Shown here in pieces: positions 9,899 through 18,962 of a DNA stretch of 64,000 nucleotides. Position numbers and translations under genes: made by a program. The notes beneath the pieces are model-generated. The model was not told where the DNA came from, did not search any database, and saw nothing but the letters and a program-made list of their open reading frames with translations. The DNA comes from a virus. Position 1 is the first letter of the stretch, and each line of letters opens with the position of its first letter. The stretch is taken from the IMG/VR virus record IMGVR_UViG_3300021478_000016, positions 78,433 to 142,432 of that record. One strand, given 5' to 3'.

Positions 9899-11023
9899 AT
9901 GAGCGTCCCCGCGAGAGTCATGAACGACCTCTTCACGCAGAAGCTCGGCACTGCGGAAGGCAAGGAGAAGATCGCCGAGTACGGCGGCACATACGTGCGC
10001 GACCGTCTGCGTGAGGTGAGCTACGCGCGGAAGGTCATTCCGCCGCAGCAGGTCACTCGCGCGGACTGCCAGCGGTCGGTCAACCACGACACGCTGGTGA
10101 AGATCGTGGACGTCGAGCCGCAGAGCCGCGCGCTCACGCTCACGTTCCGTGGTCAGCCGACGGCCCGCTTCATCCGCGGTCCGAAGGCCGAGGTCGCCTT
10201 CTTCACCGTCTCCTCGGAGATGTTCCAGAAGACGGAGCAGGAGCTTCTCGCCTACGAGATGCCCATCACCAAGATCATCGAGGACAACTCGGTGAAGGAC
10301 ATCCAGGAGATCGAGGACCGCGAGTTCACGATCAACATCGAGGCGGCGGTTCAGGCGCTCCAGCAGCAGGCCAACGGCGGCGCGGTGACGACGCTCAACG
10401 CGGCGTCCATCCATGCCGGCACGGTGGTCGAGTTCTCCGTCCGCAAGGGCGAGCTCGCGCGCAACTCGACGCTCGCGGGCAGCGCCACCGTCCTGCCCAT
10501 CCAGCGGCCGGACCTCGTGAACCTCTTCAAGCTGCTGGACGGCAACAGGCTGCGCTCCGAGCGCGTCCTGATGACGGAGGTCGACTGGGACGATCTGCTC
10601 CAGTGGACGGTCGAGGACTTCGGCGACCGGCTCCAGTCGGAGACGGCCGTGGACGGCTACAAGTACAACACGCTGCTCGGCCGCGCGTACATCCGCACGG
10701 TCAAGACGGACATCCTCCGTCCGGGCAACGTGTACGTCTTCACCCGTCCGGAGTTCTTCGGGAAGTTCTACGTCCTGAACAACTCGAAGTTCTACATCGA
10801 CAAGATCGCGAACATGATCACCTTCCAGGCATGGGAGGACATCGCGATCGGCATTCTCAACATCGCCGCCGTGCGCAAGCTCGAGCTCTACTCGGGCGAC
10901 GCGACGACGAACAACGCGGACGGCATCCTCGCGTCCGTGATTCCCGTGACGGAGGACCAGCTCGGTGCGGTGAACAACCAGGTCGACGCCGGCCTCCAGT
11001 TCCCGCAGGTCCAGCAGTTCTGA
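9899..11023 (+). CDS. major capsid protein (HK97 fold, encapsulin-like type)
   Basis: 374 aa; DRLREVSYARKVI N-terminus and AWEDIAIGILN C-terminal strand; head-operon position; strong RBS. Confidence 0.85.
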   Translation: MSVPARVMNDLFTQKLGTAEGKEKIAEYGGTYVRDRLREVSYARKVIPPQQVTRADCQRSVNHDTLVKIVDVEPQSRALTLTFRGQPTARFIRGPKAEVAFFTVSSEMFQKTEQELLAYEMPITKIIEDNSVKDIQEIEDREFTINIEAAVQALQQQANGGAVTTLNAASIHAGTVVEFSVRKGELARNSTLAGSATVLPIQRPDLVNLFKLLDGNRLRSERVLMTEVDWDDLLQWTVEDFGDRLQSETAVDGYKYNTLLGRAYIRTVKTDILRPGNVYVFTRPEFFGKFYVLNNSKFYIDKIANMITFQAWEDIAIGILNIAAVRKLELYSGDATTNNADGILASVIPVTEDQLGAVNNQVDAGLQFPQVQQF

Positions 11024-11045
11024 GCATCCTCCCCCAAGCAGGGCC

Positions 11046-11090
11046 GAACGGGCGCCGGTTGCCGCATGGCGCCGACGCCCGTTCTGCTTT
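11046..11090 (+). terminator. stem-loop after the major capsid gene
   Basis: GAACGGGCG...CGCCCGTTC inverted repeat followed by TGCTTT. Confidence 0.6.
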
Positions 11091-11102
11091 GGAGGCCACG
11101 AC

Positions 11103-11711
11103 ATGTTCCAGATCCACAACGTTGCGCATCACCCGAAGACACGTCTCGTCCGGGCAGCGGCTCCGGTCCATGCTCGCCACAAGCAGTACATCCTGAAGAC
11201 GCAGCGCCGGCTCATTCCGAACAGGCCCATCGCAGTCACGGAAGACGAGCTGACCGAGAACCTCGAGGAGCTCAAGGCGCTCGAAGCACGAGGCATCATC
11301 GAGTGCCGACTGGCCTCTGGTGAGCTCGTGGACCTGAAGACCTTCACGGTCACAGGGTCGCTGCCGGACACCAGCAAGCCCAGGTTCCGGCAGGACAGTG
11401 CGCAGAACGACCCTCCTCGCGGCAAGAGTGCGGTCTTCACGTCCGACACCACCGAGGAGATCGCCGTGAAGGAGGGAGAGCACGCCGGCGGTGGCATGAC
11501 CGAAGAGGCCATGGCGGAAGCTGCTCTGGAGCAGGGTCTTCCCCCTCTCCCCGAGGAGCTCCAGCATCTCGAAGACGAGCCGAAGCAGGCCTCAGCGCCC
11601 GTGCCCGAGGGCAACGCCTTCGGGGGTCCTTCACCGGAGGGTGTGGACGAGGACGAGCCGGAGCAGGAGCACAAGGAACAGCCGAAGGCCAAGAAGCGTC
11701 CCCGGAGGTAA
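11103..11711 (+). CDS. hypothetical protein with acidic disordered tail
   Basis: GGAGG RBS; follows the capsid gene. Confidence 0.6.
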   Translation: MFQIHNVAHHPKTRLVRAAAPVHARHKQYILKTQRRLIPNRPIAVTEDELTENLEELKALEARGIIECRLASGELVDLKTFTVTGSLPDTSKPRFRQDSAQNDPPRGKSAVFTSDTTEEIAVKEGEHAGGGMTEEAMAEAALEQGLPPLPEELQHLEDEPKQASAPVPEGNAFGGPSPEGVDEDEPEQEHKEQPKAKKRPRR

Positions 11712-11714
11712 GCG

Positions 11715-12215
11715 GTGGCTCTCGAAGGCATCCCCCAGTCGACTCCGTGCATGCGCAGCTTCGTTGCGACTGCGCGCGAGTACATGAGAGATCACCCCGA
11801 GTTGAACCGGTTGGTCCGAGGGGAGGAGTCCAGTGACCGGCAGATTGCCTGGGCGGTTCTGGATGCGCTCTCGAGCTTCAACGGCACGCCTCCTCTCACG
11901 GCCTACATCCTCGACGAGCTGCTCATGCGCAACCAACATCACCTGCTCTTGCGCATGACCATCATCGCTCTTCTCGAGAGCGTGGCGCTTCTCCAGGTCC
12001 GCAACCACATCAACTACTCGAACGGAGGCATCAACGTCGGCGTCAACGACAAGGCACCGATGATCCTCCAGTGGCTCCAGTACTACAAGGCCTACACGGA
12101 GCAGCTCAAGCTCCGGGTGAAGGTGGCGCTCAACATCGAGAGCATTCTGGGGCCCAGCAACAGCGGCGTTCACAGTGAGCTGTGGGCCGTCAACGCGACC
12201 TACGCTGCCTACTGA
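11715..12215 (+). CDS. putative head-tail adaptor
   Basis: Helical 166 aa protein after the capsid gene, with an adaptor-like YSNGGINV beta hairpin. Confidence 0.55.
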   Translation: MALEGIPQSTPCMRSFVATAREYMRDHPELNRLVRGEESSDRQIAWAVLDALSSFNGTPPLTAYILDELLMRNQHHLLLRMTIIALLESVALLQVRNHINYSNGGINVGVNDKAPMILQWLQYYKAYTEQLKLRVKVALNIESILGPSNSGVHSELWAVNATYAAY

Positions 12216-12224
12216 GGTGGAGAG

Positions 12225-12728
12225 ATGCTCAAGGTCTACAAGTTTCGGGAGATGGATGAGATCATCGCTTTTCTCAGCGGTGCAGTCTTCGGCACGGACG
12301 TCTCGTTCTTCCGCCAGGCCATCGTCAACGGGTCAGCCGGGTACAAGGTGGCGCCCTCGCTCGTCGGGCTCACGTTCAAGACCAAGTCCCCCGGCCCAGC
12401 AGGTACCTGTACCTTCGTCGCCGGCGCTGATACGGCTGGAGGTCGTCTGACTCCCGCTGAGATCAAGACGCAGATCGAGGCAGGCATCTCCGGTCTCAAG
12501 GTGACCTTCTTCGAGGGTCGCCTTGCTATCGCCGAGGCAACGCCCGCAAGCGGCGTGACGGTGGACCACACCGGCACGTCGAACGTCGCACTCGGTTTCG
12601 ACACGAACGCCGACGTCGTGGGCAAGTTCTTCAACTCGCCCTTCAGTGGAGCGCCTCCGACGACGCCGTACATGGTCCAGGCGTACTCGGTGAACGACAA
12701 CATGCACGTGGTCTACACTTGGGAGTGA
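12225..12728 (+). CDS. putative virion structural protein
   Basis: Beta-rich; located in the structural operon. Confidence 0.5.
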   Translation: MLKVYKFREMDEIIAFLSGAVFGTDVSFFRQAIVNGSAGYKVAPSLVGLTFKTKSPGPAGTCTFVAGADTAGGRLTPAEIKTQIEAGISGLKVTFFEGRLAIAEATPASGVTVDHTGTSNVALGFDTNADVVGKFFNSPFSGAPPTTPYMVQAYSVNDNMHVVYTWE

Positions 12729-12736
12729 GGCTCAAG

Positions 12737-15106
12737 ATGGCGACGGCATTCGACCCCATGTTCCGGCAGGGCCCTTCGATGGGCGAGGGTGCGGACTTCT
12801 TCCTCAAGCTGAAGAAGTTCGCGGAAGATCCGGCGACGGGTCCGGCGGAGCCGATGGCTTCGTCGGGAGCTCCGTTCCAGGACCAGGTCCTCGAGCTGAT
12901 GCTCAACATGGTCCAGAACGAGTTCAAGACCATGCTCGCCTACAAGACCTACGCGCAGACGCTGCGTGGGCCCGAGCACTTCGGTGTGGCGAAGGAGTTC
13001 GAGGAGCATGCCGAGAACGAGATCGAGCATGCCGACTTCTTGCTCCGCCGTCTCTCGGTGCTGATGGGTGGTCCGGTGCCGGTGCCGGACATCCCAGCTC
13101 CCGAGCCTCTCGACTCCTGCGAGGACATCATTCATGCGATGATCGCCATGGAGCAGGAGGGCATCAAGAACTGGCAGAACCTCCTCTCGATGCTGGGCGA
13201 CAACCCGACGAAGTACAAGGTCGAGGAGTTCCTGGCGCGGGAGCTGCACCATGTCGACGAGCTCTTCCAGCTTCTTCCCTCCGAGACCGCGCAGGCGCAG
13301 CAACCGCAGCCTGGTGGCTCCACTTCTGCTCCTCCTGCTGCTCCTCCTGCTGCTCCTCCTGCTGCTGAACAGCCCGAAGCTCCGCCGGCTACTCCTCAAG
13401 CTGGTGATGGACCTCAGGCCGGGCAGCCGCCCGGTCTGAAGCTCTCGAGCGTCAAGACCGCTGCGCGTCAGCGCTTCACGCGGGACGACAAGGGAAACAT
13501 CGTTCAGATCCCCGCTCGCTACGAGGGCAACCCCGAAGACCCGGGCTCGTTCTCGAGCGCCCTCGACGAGGCGTTCAAGTACGCGTGCAAGACCGCCGGC
13601 ATCAAGATCCCCGCTCCATCCCACGACAGCACCAAGGGCAGCTCCGAAGCCAAGACGCCGAACGGTGCCCAGAACCTCGACGTCTTCGACGCCGGCGGCA
13701 AGGAGGCATCCAACACGGGCCTCGGCAAGCCGCCGGTCGTCCCGATGGAGAACGAGCCGACGAGCGACGCGAAGGATCCGCAGGAGGAGACGAAGCAGGC
13801 AGCCGCTGCTCCCGAGCATCTTCGCAAGGCGAAGGAACGCGGTGAGGCCAATGCTGTCGCGCGCTCCACGCAGATGAAGGGTCAGCGCGGAGAGCTCTAC
13901 GGAGACCTCGTCGGCCGCCTTCTCGGCGGTGCTGCTGGTTGGAAGGCGGGCAAGACTCTCGCTGGCAAGAGTGGAAGCACGCTCGCTCGCGTCATGGGGG
14001 TCGGCATGGCCCAGGCTGCGGGCGGCCGGGTGGGGAAGCAGATCGGGAGAGAGGCCGACGCTGCACGCGCCAAGAAGAAGTACGGCGCAGCCCTCATCGA
14101 GAGCCTGCCGTCCTTCCTCAAGACCGCCCTCGAGGACGAGATGAACATGCTCGCCCAAGAGCAGGCGGCAGAGCAGGCGGAGATGGCCAACGCCGGCCGC
14201 TTCTACGCGACCCGCGCGCAAGAGCACGCGCAGGCCCGACAGGCGCTCGAGCAGCAGCTCCAGCAGGCGCAGTCGGACCTGGAGCAGAAGGAGACGTCGA
14301 TCCAGCAGATGCAGGAGGCCATGGCCGCCAACTCGTCGGCTGCGAGCGAGTCCACGACCAGCGCCATGCTCCAGGCCGTCAACTCGAATACACAGGCCAT
14401 CCAGCAACGGCAGCTCGCCTCCGACGCGGCCAACGCGAACATGACCCTGCGCGACCAGCTCCGTCAGCTCGCCGACGGACCGAGCGACGGCAACCCGCAG
14501 GGCCCCGGTGACATCCAGGGTGCCGTCCAGGGACCCTCAGGCGGCCCGACCTCCGGCAACGGGGAGAAGGAGCTCCAGGACGGTCCGGGCAGCGCCCCGC
14601 CGGCTGGCGAGAGCAACGCCTACCAGCCCATCCAGAGCCCCGAGAGCGGGCTAGCCAAGGGCGAGCCTGGACGCGTCGTGGGCATCGCCGGCGACAGCCG
14701 GCAGCCCTCCACGCCCTCGGCCTACAAGGACGGCGGGCAGGGCAAGCAGGCGGGCCTCCAGCTCCCGCCGGACGTCAAGGCGAAGCTCCGCGGCATGGGT
14801 CTGGGCGCCGCGGCCGGGGCCGGCGTGCTCGGTGGGGCGACGGCCATCGAGGCGGCACGGGGACCCGGACCGGTGCGCGAGAAGGTGGAGAAGCTCGAGG
14901 CGAAGCCGGAGAGTTTCCGCAACTCGATGCAGACCGCGCAGGCGAAGGGGCATCTCGCGTTCCGCGAGGCAGTGGCAGAGCATCCGGTAGCCGCGACGGC
15001 GGCCTCGATGCTTCCTGGTGCTGCGCTCGGGGCATCTCTCGGTCCGGCGGCGGTGAGCGCCGGCAAGAAGGTCATCCAGAACATCAAGGCGCTCCGCGCT
15101 CAGTGA
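12737..15106 (+). CDS. multi-segment internal head protein with an N-terminal ferritin-like (bacterioferritin/rubrerythrin) domain
   Basis: Four-helix pattern NEFKTMLAY / ENEIEHA / MEQEGI / RELHHVDEL, then KxA-delimited glycine-zipper and coiled-coil segments. Confidence 0.75.
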   Translation: MATAFDPMFRQGPSMGEGADFFLKLKKFAEDPATGPAEPMASSGAPFQDQVLELMLNMVQNEFKTMLAYKTYAQTLRGPEHFGVAKEFEEHAENEIEHADFLLRRLSVLMGGPVPVPDIPAPEPLDSCEDIIHAMIAMEQEGIKNWQNLLSMLGDNPTKYKVEEFLARELHHVDELFQLLPSETAQAQQPQPGGSTSAPPAAPPAAPPAAEQPEAPPATPQAGDGPQAGQPPGLKLSSVKTAARQRFTRDDKGNIVQIPARYEGNPEDPGSFSSALDEAFKYACKTAGIKIPAPSHDSTKGSSEAKTPNGAQNLDVFDAGGKEASNTGLGKPPVVPMENEPTSDAKDPQEETKQAAAAPEHLRKAKERGEANAVARSTQMKGQRGELYGDLVGRLLGGAAGWKAGKTLAGKSGSTLARVMGVGMAQAAGGRVGKQIGREADAARAKKKYGAALIESLPSFLKTALEDEMNMLAQEQAAEQAEMANAGRFYATRAQEHAQARQALEQQLQQAQSDLEQKETSIQQMQEAMAANSSAASESTTSAMLQAVNSNTQAIQQRQLASDAANANMTLRDQLRQLADGPSDGNPQGPGDIQGAVQGPSGGPTSGNGEKELQDGPGSAPPAGESNAYQPIQSPESGLAKGEPGRVVGIAGDSRQPSTPSAYKDGGQGKQAGLQLPPDVKAKLRGMGLGAAAGAGVLGGATAIEAARGPGPVREKVEKLEAKPESFRNSMQTAQAKGHLAFREAVAEHPVAATAASMLPGAALGASLGPAAVSAGKKVIQNIKALRAQ
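13326..13361 (+). repeat. 12-bp tandem repeat x3 (CTGCTCCTCCTG) encoding a Pro/Ala linker
   Basis: Direct inspection. Confidence 0.9.
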
Positions 15107-15113
15107 GGAGATC

Positions 15114-16118
15114 ATGCTCGACTCGTTCCTGGCAGCCGCCTACGACAACACGAAGAAGAACGAGGAGAAGCGCGCGATGGTCGACGCGCTCAAGAAGTTG
15201 CCGGCGCCCTTCCTCGCGAAGCTCGCGAGTCGAGAGGTGAAGCTCGGCGACATCTTCAGCGCCCCGAACTGTTCCAAAGACGGCGACGAGAGCTGGCTCG
15301 GCAAGTTCAAGGGCACGCCGCTGGCAGAGCAGGCGATGCAGCTCGAACAGGCCGAGCTCCAGCTCGAGATGCAGCGACTCGAGAACCAGCAGCAGAGCCG
15401 GGCGGAGAGCCAGGCCAGCAACTCGATCTGGGACCAGCAAGACCAGCTCCGCCTCCAGAAGAAGCTCCTCGAGCTTCAGCTCTACCAGATGGAGCTCGAG
15501 GGGGAGCATGCAGCCATGGCACCACCCGCGACCGTCGACACTCAGAAGAAGAAGCCGATCCCGGAGGCAGGCAATCCGGGTGCTGGCTCGATGGGCCCGG
15601 AGGCCGAGAACAGCGAAGAGAACATGGCTCCGGTGGGCACTCGGGGTCCCGGCGATGCCAAGACGGCTTCGCTGAAGAAGCTCAGCGAGAGCCCGATGGG
15701 CAAGATCGCCGACGCCTGGGGTCGTGAGCTCGCACGCTCCGACATGCAGAAGACCGCCCTGCCCTCGATGGGCACTCTCGCCGGCGCCGGCAAGAGCATG
15801 CTCTCGGGCGCCAAGGGCATCTGGGGCGCTCTGCCGTCAGCTCAGAAGACCAAGATGCTCGGCGGTGCTGCGGTGGGTGCTCTCGGTGGTGCAGCAGCGA
15901 CCGGCCACGATCAACAGGGCTTCCACCCGCTGCGCGCCATCGGCGGAGCTCTCGGAGGCGCTGCCCTCGGCGGTGCCGCAGGCGGGGCGGCGCACAACAT
16001 CGCCGAGAAGGGTCTCGCCGGCGGCATCTCGCAGAGCGTGCAGCAGGGCAAGAACATCGGTGGCTTCCTCGCTGGGCAGGCCCGCGCTGCGATGCCGGGC
16101 CTCTCCCCAAAAGTCTGA
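15114..16118 (+). CDS. KxA-motif internal head protein with coiled coil and glycine zippers
   Basis: KLA/KTA/KIA motifs; GGAAVGALGGAAA and GGALGGAALGGAAGG segments. Confidence 0.65.
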   Translation: MLDSFLAAAYDNTKKNEEKRAMVDALKKLPAPFLAKLASREVKLGDIFSAPNCSKDGDESWLGKFKGTPLAEQAMQLEQAELQLEMQRLENQQQSRAESQASNSIWDQQDQLRLQKKLLELQLYQMELEGEHAAMAPPATVDTQKKKPIPEAGNPGAGSMGPEAENSEENMAPVGTRGPGDAKTASLKKLSESPMGKIADAWGRELARSDMQKTALPSMGTLAGAGKSMLSGAKGIWGALPSAQKTKMLGGAAVGALGGAAATGHDQQGFHPLRAIGGALGGAALGGAAGGAAHNIAEKGLAGGISQSVQQGKNIGGFLAGQARAAMPGLSPKV

Positions 16119-16136
16119 CCGGGGTCCCAGCCCCGG
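16106..16136 (+). promoter_or_regulatory. predicted -1 programmed ribosomal frameshift signal
   Basis: C CCA AAA slippery heptamer, 6-nt spacer, then CCGGGG/CCCCGG stem; the -1 frame is open to 16561. Confidence 0.65.
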
Positions 16137-16189
16137 CTCCCAGTCAGCTCCCAACGGTCGCTCGCGCACCTGCACGTGCCCCCACATCG

Positions 16190-16561
16190 ATGGCACCGAC
16201 ACAACTCGCGCCAGGAGGAACGAAGATGTCCCCGGGAGTAGTCCCCGCTCCCGGCAAGAGCCACTCGCTCGCTGTCGGAGAGAGCTTCCAGAAGATGTAC
16301 GAAGGCCTCGACTCGAACATGCAGAAGACGATCTCCTCTCTGCCTCTCGTGTCGCAAGGCCATCTCAGTCCCGCAGCCGCGCTCAACATCCTGCACTACG
16401 ACAAGAAGCCCGGAGAGCAGCTCGGCGACGTCGTCTCGCGCGTCGCTCTTCCGAGCTCCATCCCCTCAGCGCCTGGTGGGTCCTCGATTCGACCGCGCTC
16501 CATGGCCACCGTCGGCCCGCGCCCACGCAGCTCGTCTGCGTTCGCCACCGGAATCGGATGA
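16190..16561 (+). CDS. Pro/Ser-rich ORF; probable -1 frameshift extension of 15114..16118, or independent start at 16226
   Basis: Open in the -1 frame from 16106; an alternative AGGAGG RBS precedes ATG 16226. Confidence 0.55.
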   Translation: MAPTQLAPGGTKMSPGVVPAPGKSHSLAVGESFQKMYEGLDSNMQKTISSLPLVSQGHLSPAAALNILHYDKKPGEQLGDVVSRVALPSSIPSAPGGSSIRPRSMATVGPRPRSSSAFATGIG

Positions 16562-16562
16562 C

Positions 16563-17480
16563 ATGCCCGTCTCGATCGAGGTCATCAAGCTCAAGGTTCG
16601 GTCCCTCGACCGGAACCTGATTGAGATCTCCTGGGAGCTCAAGAGCACCCAGGAGGATGTCTTCGACTATCAGTTCCAGATCTACCGCAGTGAGTCGCCG
16701 AGTGGACCCTGGGACATCATCTCGGTCCCCTTCCAGGACGAGTACCTCTTCATCGACAACGCCATCTGGGTCGGAGATCGATGGAGGATGCTGCACTATC
16801 AGGTGCGGGTCATCCACGTTCCGACAGGAGACACGAAGGACTTCGGCCCCGTGACCCAAGAGGCAGAGCCCGACCTCATCGCCCTCGAGCTGCGCCGCCA
16901 CACCCAGCTCCTCTTCCACGAGTACGCTGGTCGCAAGTGCTGGGTCTTGCCGATCCGCACCTTCGGTCCTCGCTGCGAGTGCTGGGACAACCGCCTCCAG
17001 AAGAAGACCCGGTCCCGCTGCGAGCTCTGCTTCGACACCGGCTTCGTGCGAGGGTACCTGTCCCCCATCGAGGTCTGGATGCAGGTCGATCCCTCACCGA
17101 AGACGAACCAGGTGACGAACGTGGGCACGATGCAGCAGTCGAATACGACTGCGCGAGTCGGCTACTACCCGCCGCTCAGACCGAACGACCTCATCGTCGA
17201 ACCGGAGAACCGCCGCTGGCGTGTCATCCAGGTCAACCAGACGGAGCAAGGTCGGGCCGCAGTCCATCAAGAGCTCCAGCTTCACGAGATTCCCCATCGT
17301 GACATCGAGTACGCTGTGCCGCTTCTCTTGGACCAGGCGCTCAAGGACATCTGGTTCTCCCCGCCGCGCAACTTCACGATGCCGACCAATCTCCAGAACG
17401 TGGAAGACACCGACATCCTCGACCCGTTCTCCATCTACCCGGCGCAGATCCCCGACCCCTCCAGCTTCGGTAAGGGATGA
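16563..17480 (+). CDS. putative head-closure/neck protein with N-terminal Fn3-like domain and Cys cluster
   Basis: ISW..YQFQIYRSESPSGPW Fn3-like strands, RCECWD..RCELCFDTGF, and a C-terminal LRPNDLIVE..RWRV barrel. Confidence 0.6.
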   Translation: MPVSIEVIKLKVRSLDRNLIEISWELKSTQEDVFDYQFQIYRSESPSGPWDIISVPFQDEYLFIDNAIWVGDRWRMLHYQVRVIHVPTGDTKDFGPVTQEAEPDLIALELRRHTQLLFHEYAGRKCWVLPIRTFGPRCECWDNRLQKKTRSRCELCFDTGFVRGYLSPIEVWMQVDPSPKTNQVTNVGTMQQSNTTARVGYYPPLRPNDLIVEPENRRWRVIQVNQTEQGRAAVHQELQLHEIPHRDIEYAVPLLLDQALKDIWFSPPRNFTMPTNLQNVEDTDILDPFSIYPAQIPDPSSFGKG

Positions 17481-18040
17481 CCATGAGCCTCCCCAGCATC
17501 TTCGACTACCTGCCTGAAGAAGGGCCCGGTCTCGTGAAGTCGGCGATGGATGCTGGTCTGCTGACGAAGCTCAAGACCGTCACCAAGAGCACTCCGAAGA
17601 TCAAGTTGAAGTGGGGAGGCAAGGGGCAGTTCAACGCAGATACCTTCAACTCCGAAGCGGCGGCTGCTCGTCCTCTCGTTCGTCCTCTCGAGGTGGCGAG
17701 CGACCCGTTCAAGAAGACTGGGGAGACGAAGAAGGAAGAACCGGTGCCCTTCAGTGGGGCAACGATTCGAGCGGCGCTGAAGACGACGCTCCCGTACATC
17801 GTCGGTGTTCCCATCGGCGCGGTCATCGGCCACGGACTCGGCAAGGGTCTGGACCTGCTCGAGAGAGAGCATGGGGTGCCGGTGACTGGTATGGTGACAA
17901 AGTACGGTCCGACGGCGTTCATGGCTCTTGGCGGTCTTCTGGCTGCTCGAGAGGCTGCTCACAGGAAGGCGGAGAGAGAGGTCTGGAGACGTGCCCACGA
18001 GAGTACCCAGAACGGAGCCGCGGGGAGCGCTACCGAGTAG
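17477..18040 (+). CDS. glycine-zipper/hydrophobic hairpin protein (KxA family)
   Basis: LVKSAM; VGVPIGAVIGHGLG; second hydrophobic helix. Confidence 0.5.
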   Translation: MTMSLPSIFDYLPEEGPGLVKSAMDAGLLTKLKTVTKSTPKIKLKWGGKGQFNADTFNSEAAAARPLVRPLEVASDPFKKTGETKKEEPVPFSGATIRAALKTTLPYIVGVPIGAVIGHGLGKGLDLLEREHGVPVTGMVTKYGPTAFMALGGLLAAREAAHRKAEREVWRRAHESTQNGAAGSATE

Positions 18041-18947
18041 CAGCTTCAAGTACAACCCGCTTCAGCACGTTAGGTACCTCTACACGATCTTCGTGCAGGG
18101 GCTCTTCTATCGTGCGCCTCGTGGGGCATACCACTGGGAGGAAGAGCTTCAGGATTCGGAGATCGTGATAACGGCTGAAGCGCCTCTCAACACAACGACG
18201 CTCGGCGACCGCCCCGGCATCACGTTCACTCGAGCTCCCATTGCCTTCCGGCACCTCGGCTTCGACGACATGCTGAAGGTCGACGCGGCCAGCGGTCAGA
18301 AGATGAAGGGTCTTCTCATCCCGGGGACCATGATCGTCAACTGCTGCTCGAAGAACGACCTCGAGAGCGAGCAGATTGCCTGGGTCACAGCAGAGGGTAT
18401 CTGGCTCTTGCGTGACCAACTCATGCAACAGGGCTTCTACGACATCGGCAGGAACATTCAGATCAGTGCACCCAGCAAGGCCGGTGGTGTGGTCGAGGGC
18501 GATGGGGCTCAGGAGTTCTACTGCACCTCAATCACTTCCCCCTTCCAGTTCCAGAGGACGAGCGTGTTCACGCCTCTGGGGCAGAGGCTCTTGCAGGGTC
18601 TCACCCTTCAGATGGGGCTGAACCCTCAGGCATCTCTTCAACAGGGGATCCCCATTCCTGGAGGAACAGGGCCTGTAGATCCGCCCTTCGAACAAGATGT
18701 CTACCCCCCTCCGCCCTTCGCACCGGGTGCAGGGAATCCGAACATCCGCTCTCTGGGTAATCCATCTGGGCTTCCTCTTGTCCCTCACCCTCTCGACCCA
18801 TCAAAACTCGTCATCGTCAGACCTGTGAGAGCAGATCAACCAGGTGTGAGACCGCCTTCCATCAACGGACAAGTACTTCCCATACTGGCTCCGCCCGTGA
18901 CATCATCTGAGCCAGAGACGGTCCTCACGACCACCGTGAAAGTCTAG
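17991..18947 (+). CDS. putative tail terminator/completion protein with Pro-rich C-terminal extension
   Basis: Directly before the sheath gene; terminator-like alpha/beta pattern. Confidence 0.55.
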   Translation: MPTRVPRTEPRGALPSSSFKYNPLQHVRYLYTIFVQGLFYRAPRGAYHWEEELQDSEIVITAEAPLNTTTLGDRPGITFTRAPIAFRHLGFDDMLKVDAASGQKMKGLLIPGTMIVNCCSKNDLESEQIAWVTAEGIWLLRDQLMQQGFYDIGRNIQISAPSKAGGVVEGDGAQEFYCTSITSPFQFQRTSVFTPLGQRLLQGLTLQMGLNPQASLQQGIPIPGGTGPVDPPFEQDVYPPPPFAPGAGNPNIRSLGNPSGLPLVPHPLDPSKLVIVRPVRADQPGVRPPSINGQVLPILAPPVTSSEPETVLTTTVKV

Positions 18948-18962
18948 GAAAAAGGAGCCGCC

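Noticed and set aside
9899-15106. Cellular encapsulin operon (shell plus ferritin-like cargo)
   Set aside because: Terminase, protease, neck, sheath, tube, tape measure and baseplate genes show that this is a phage head module
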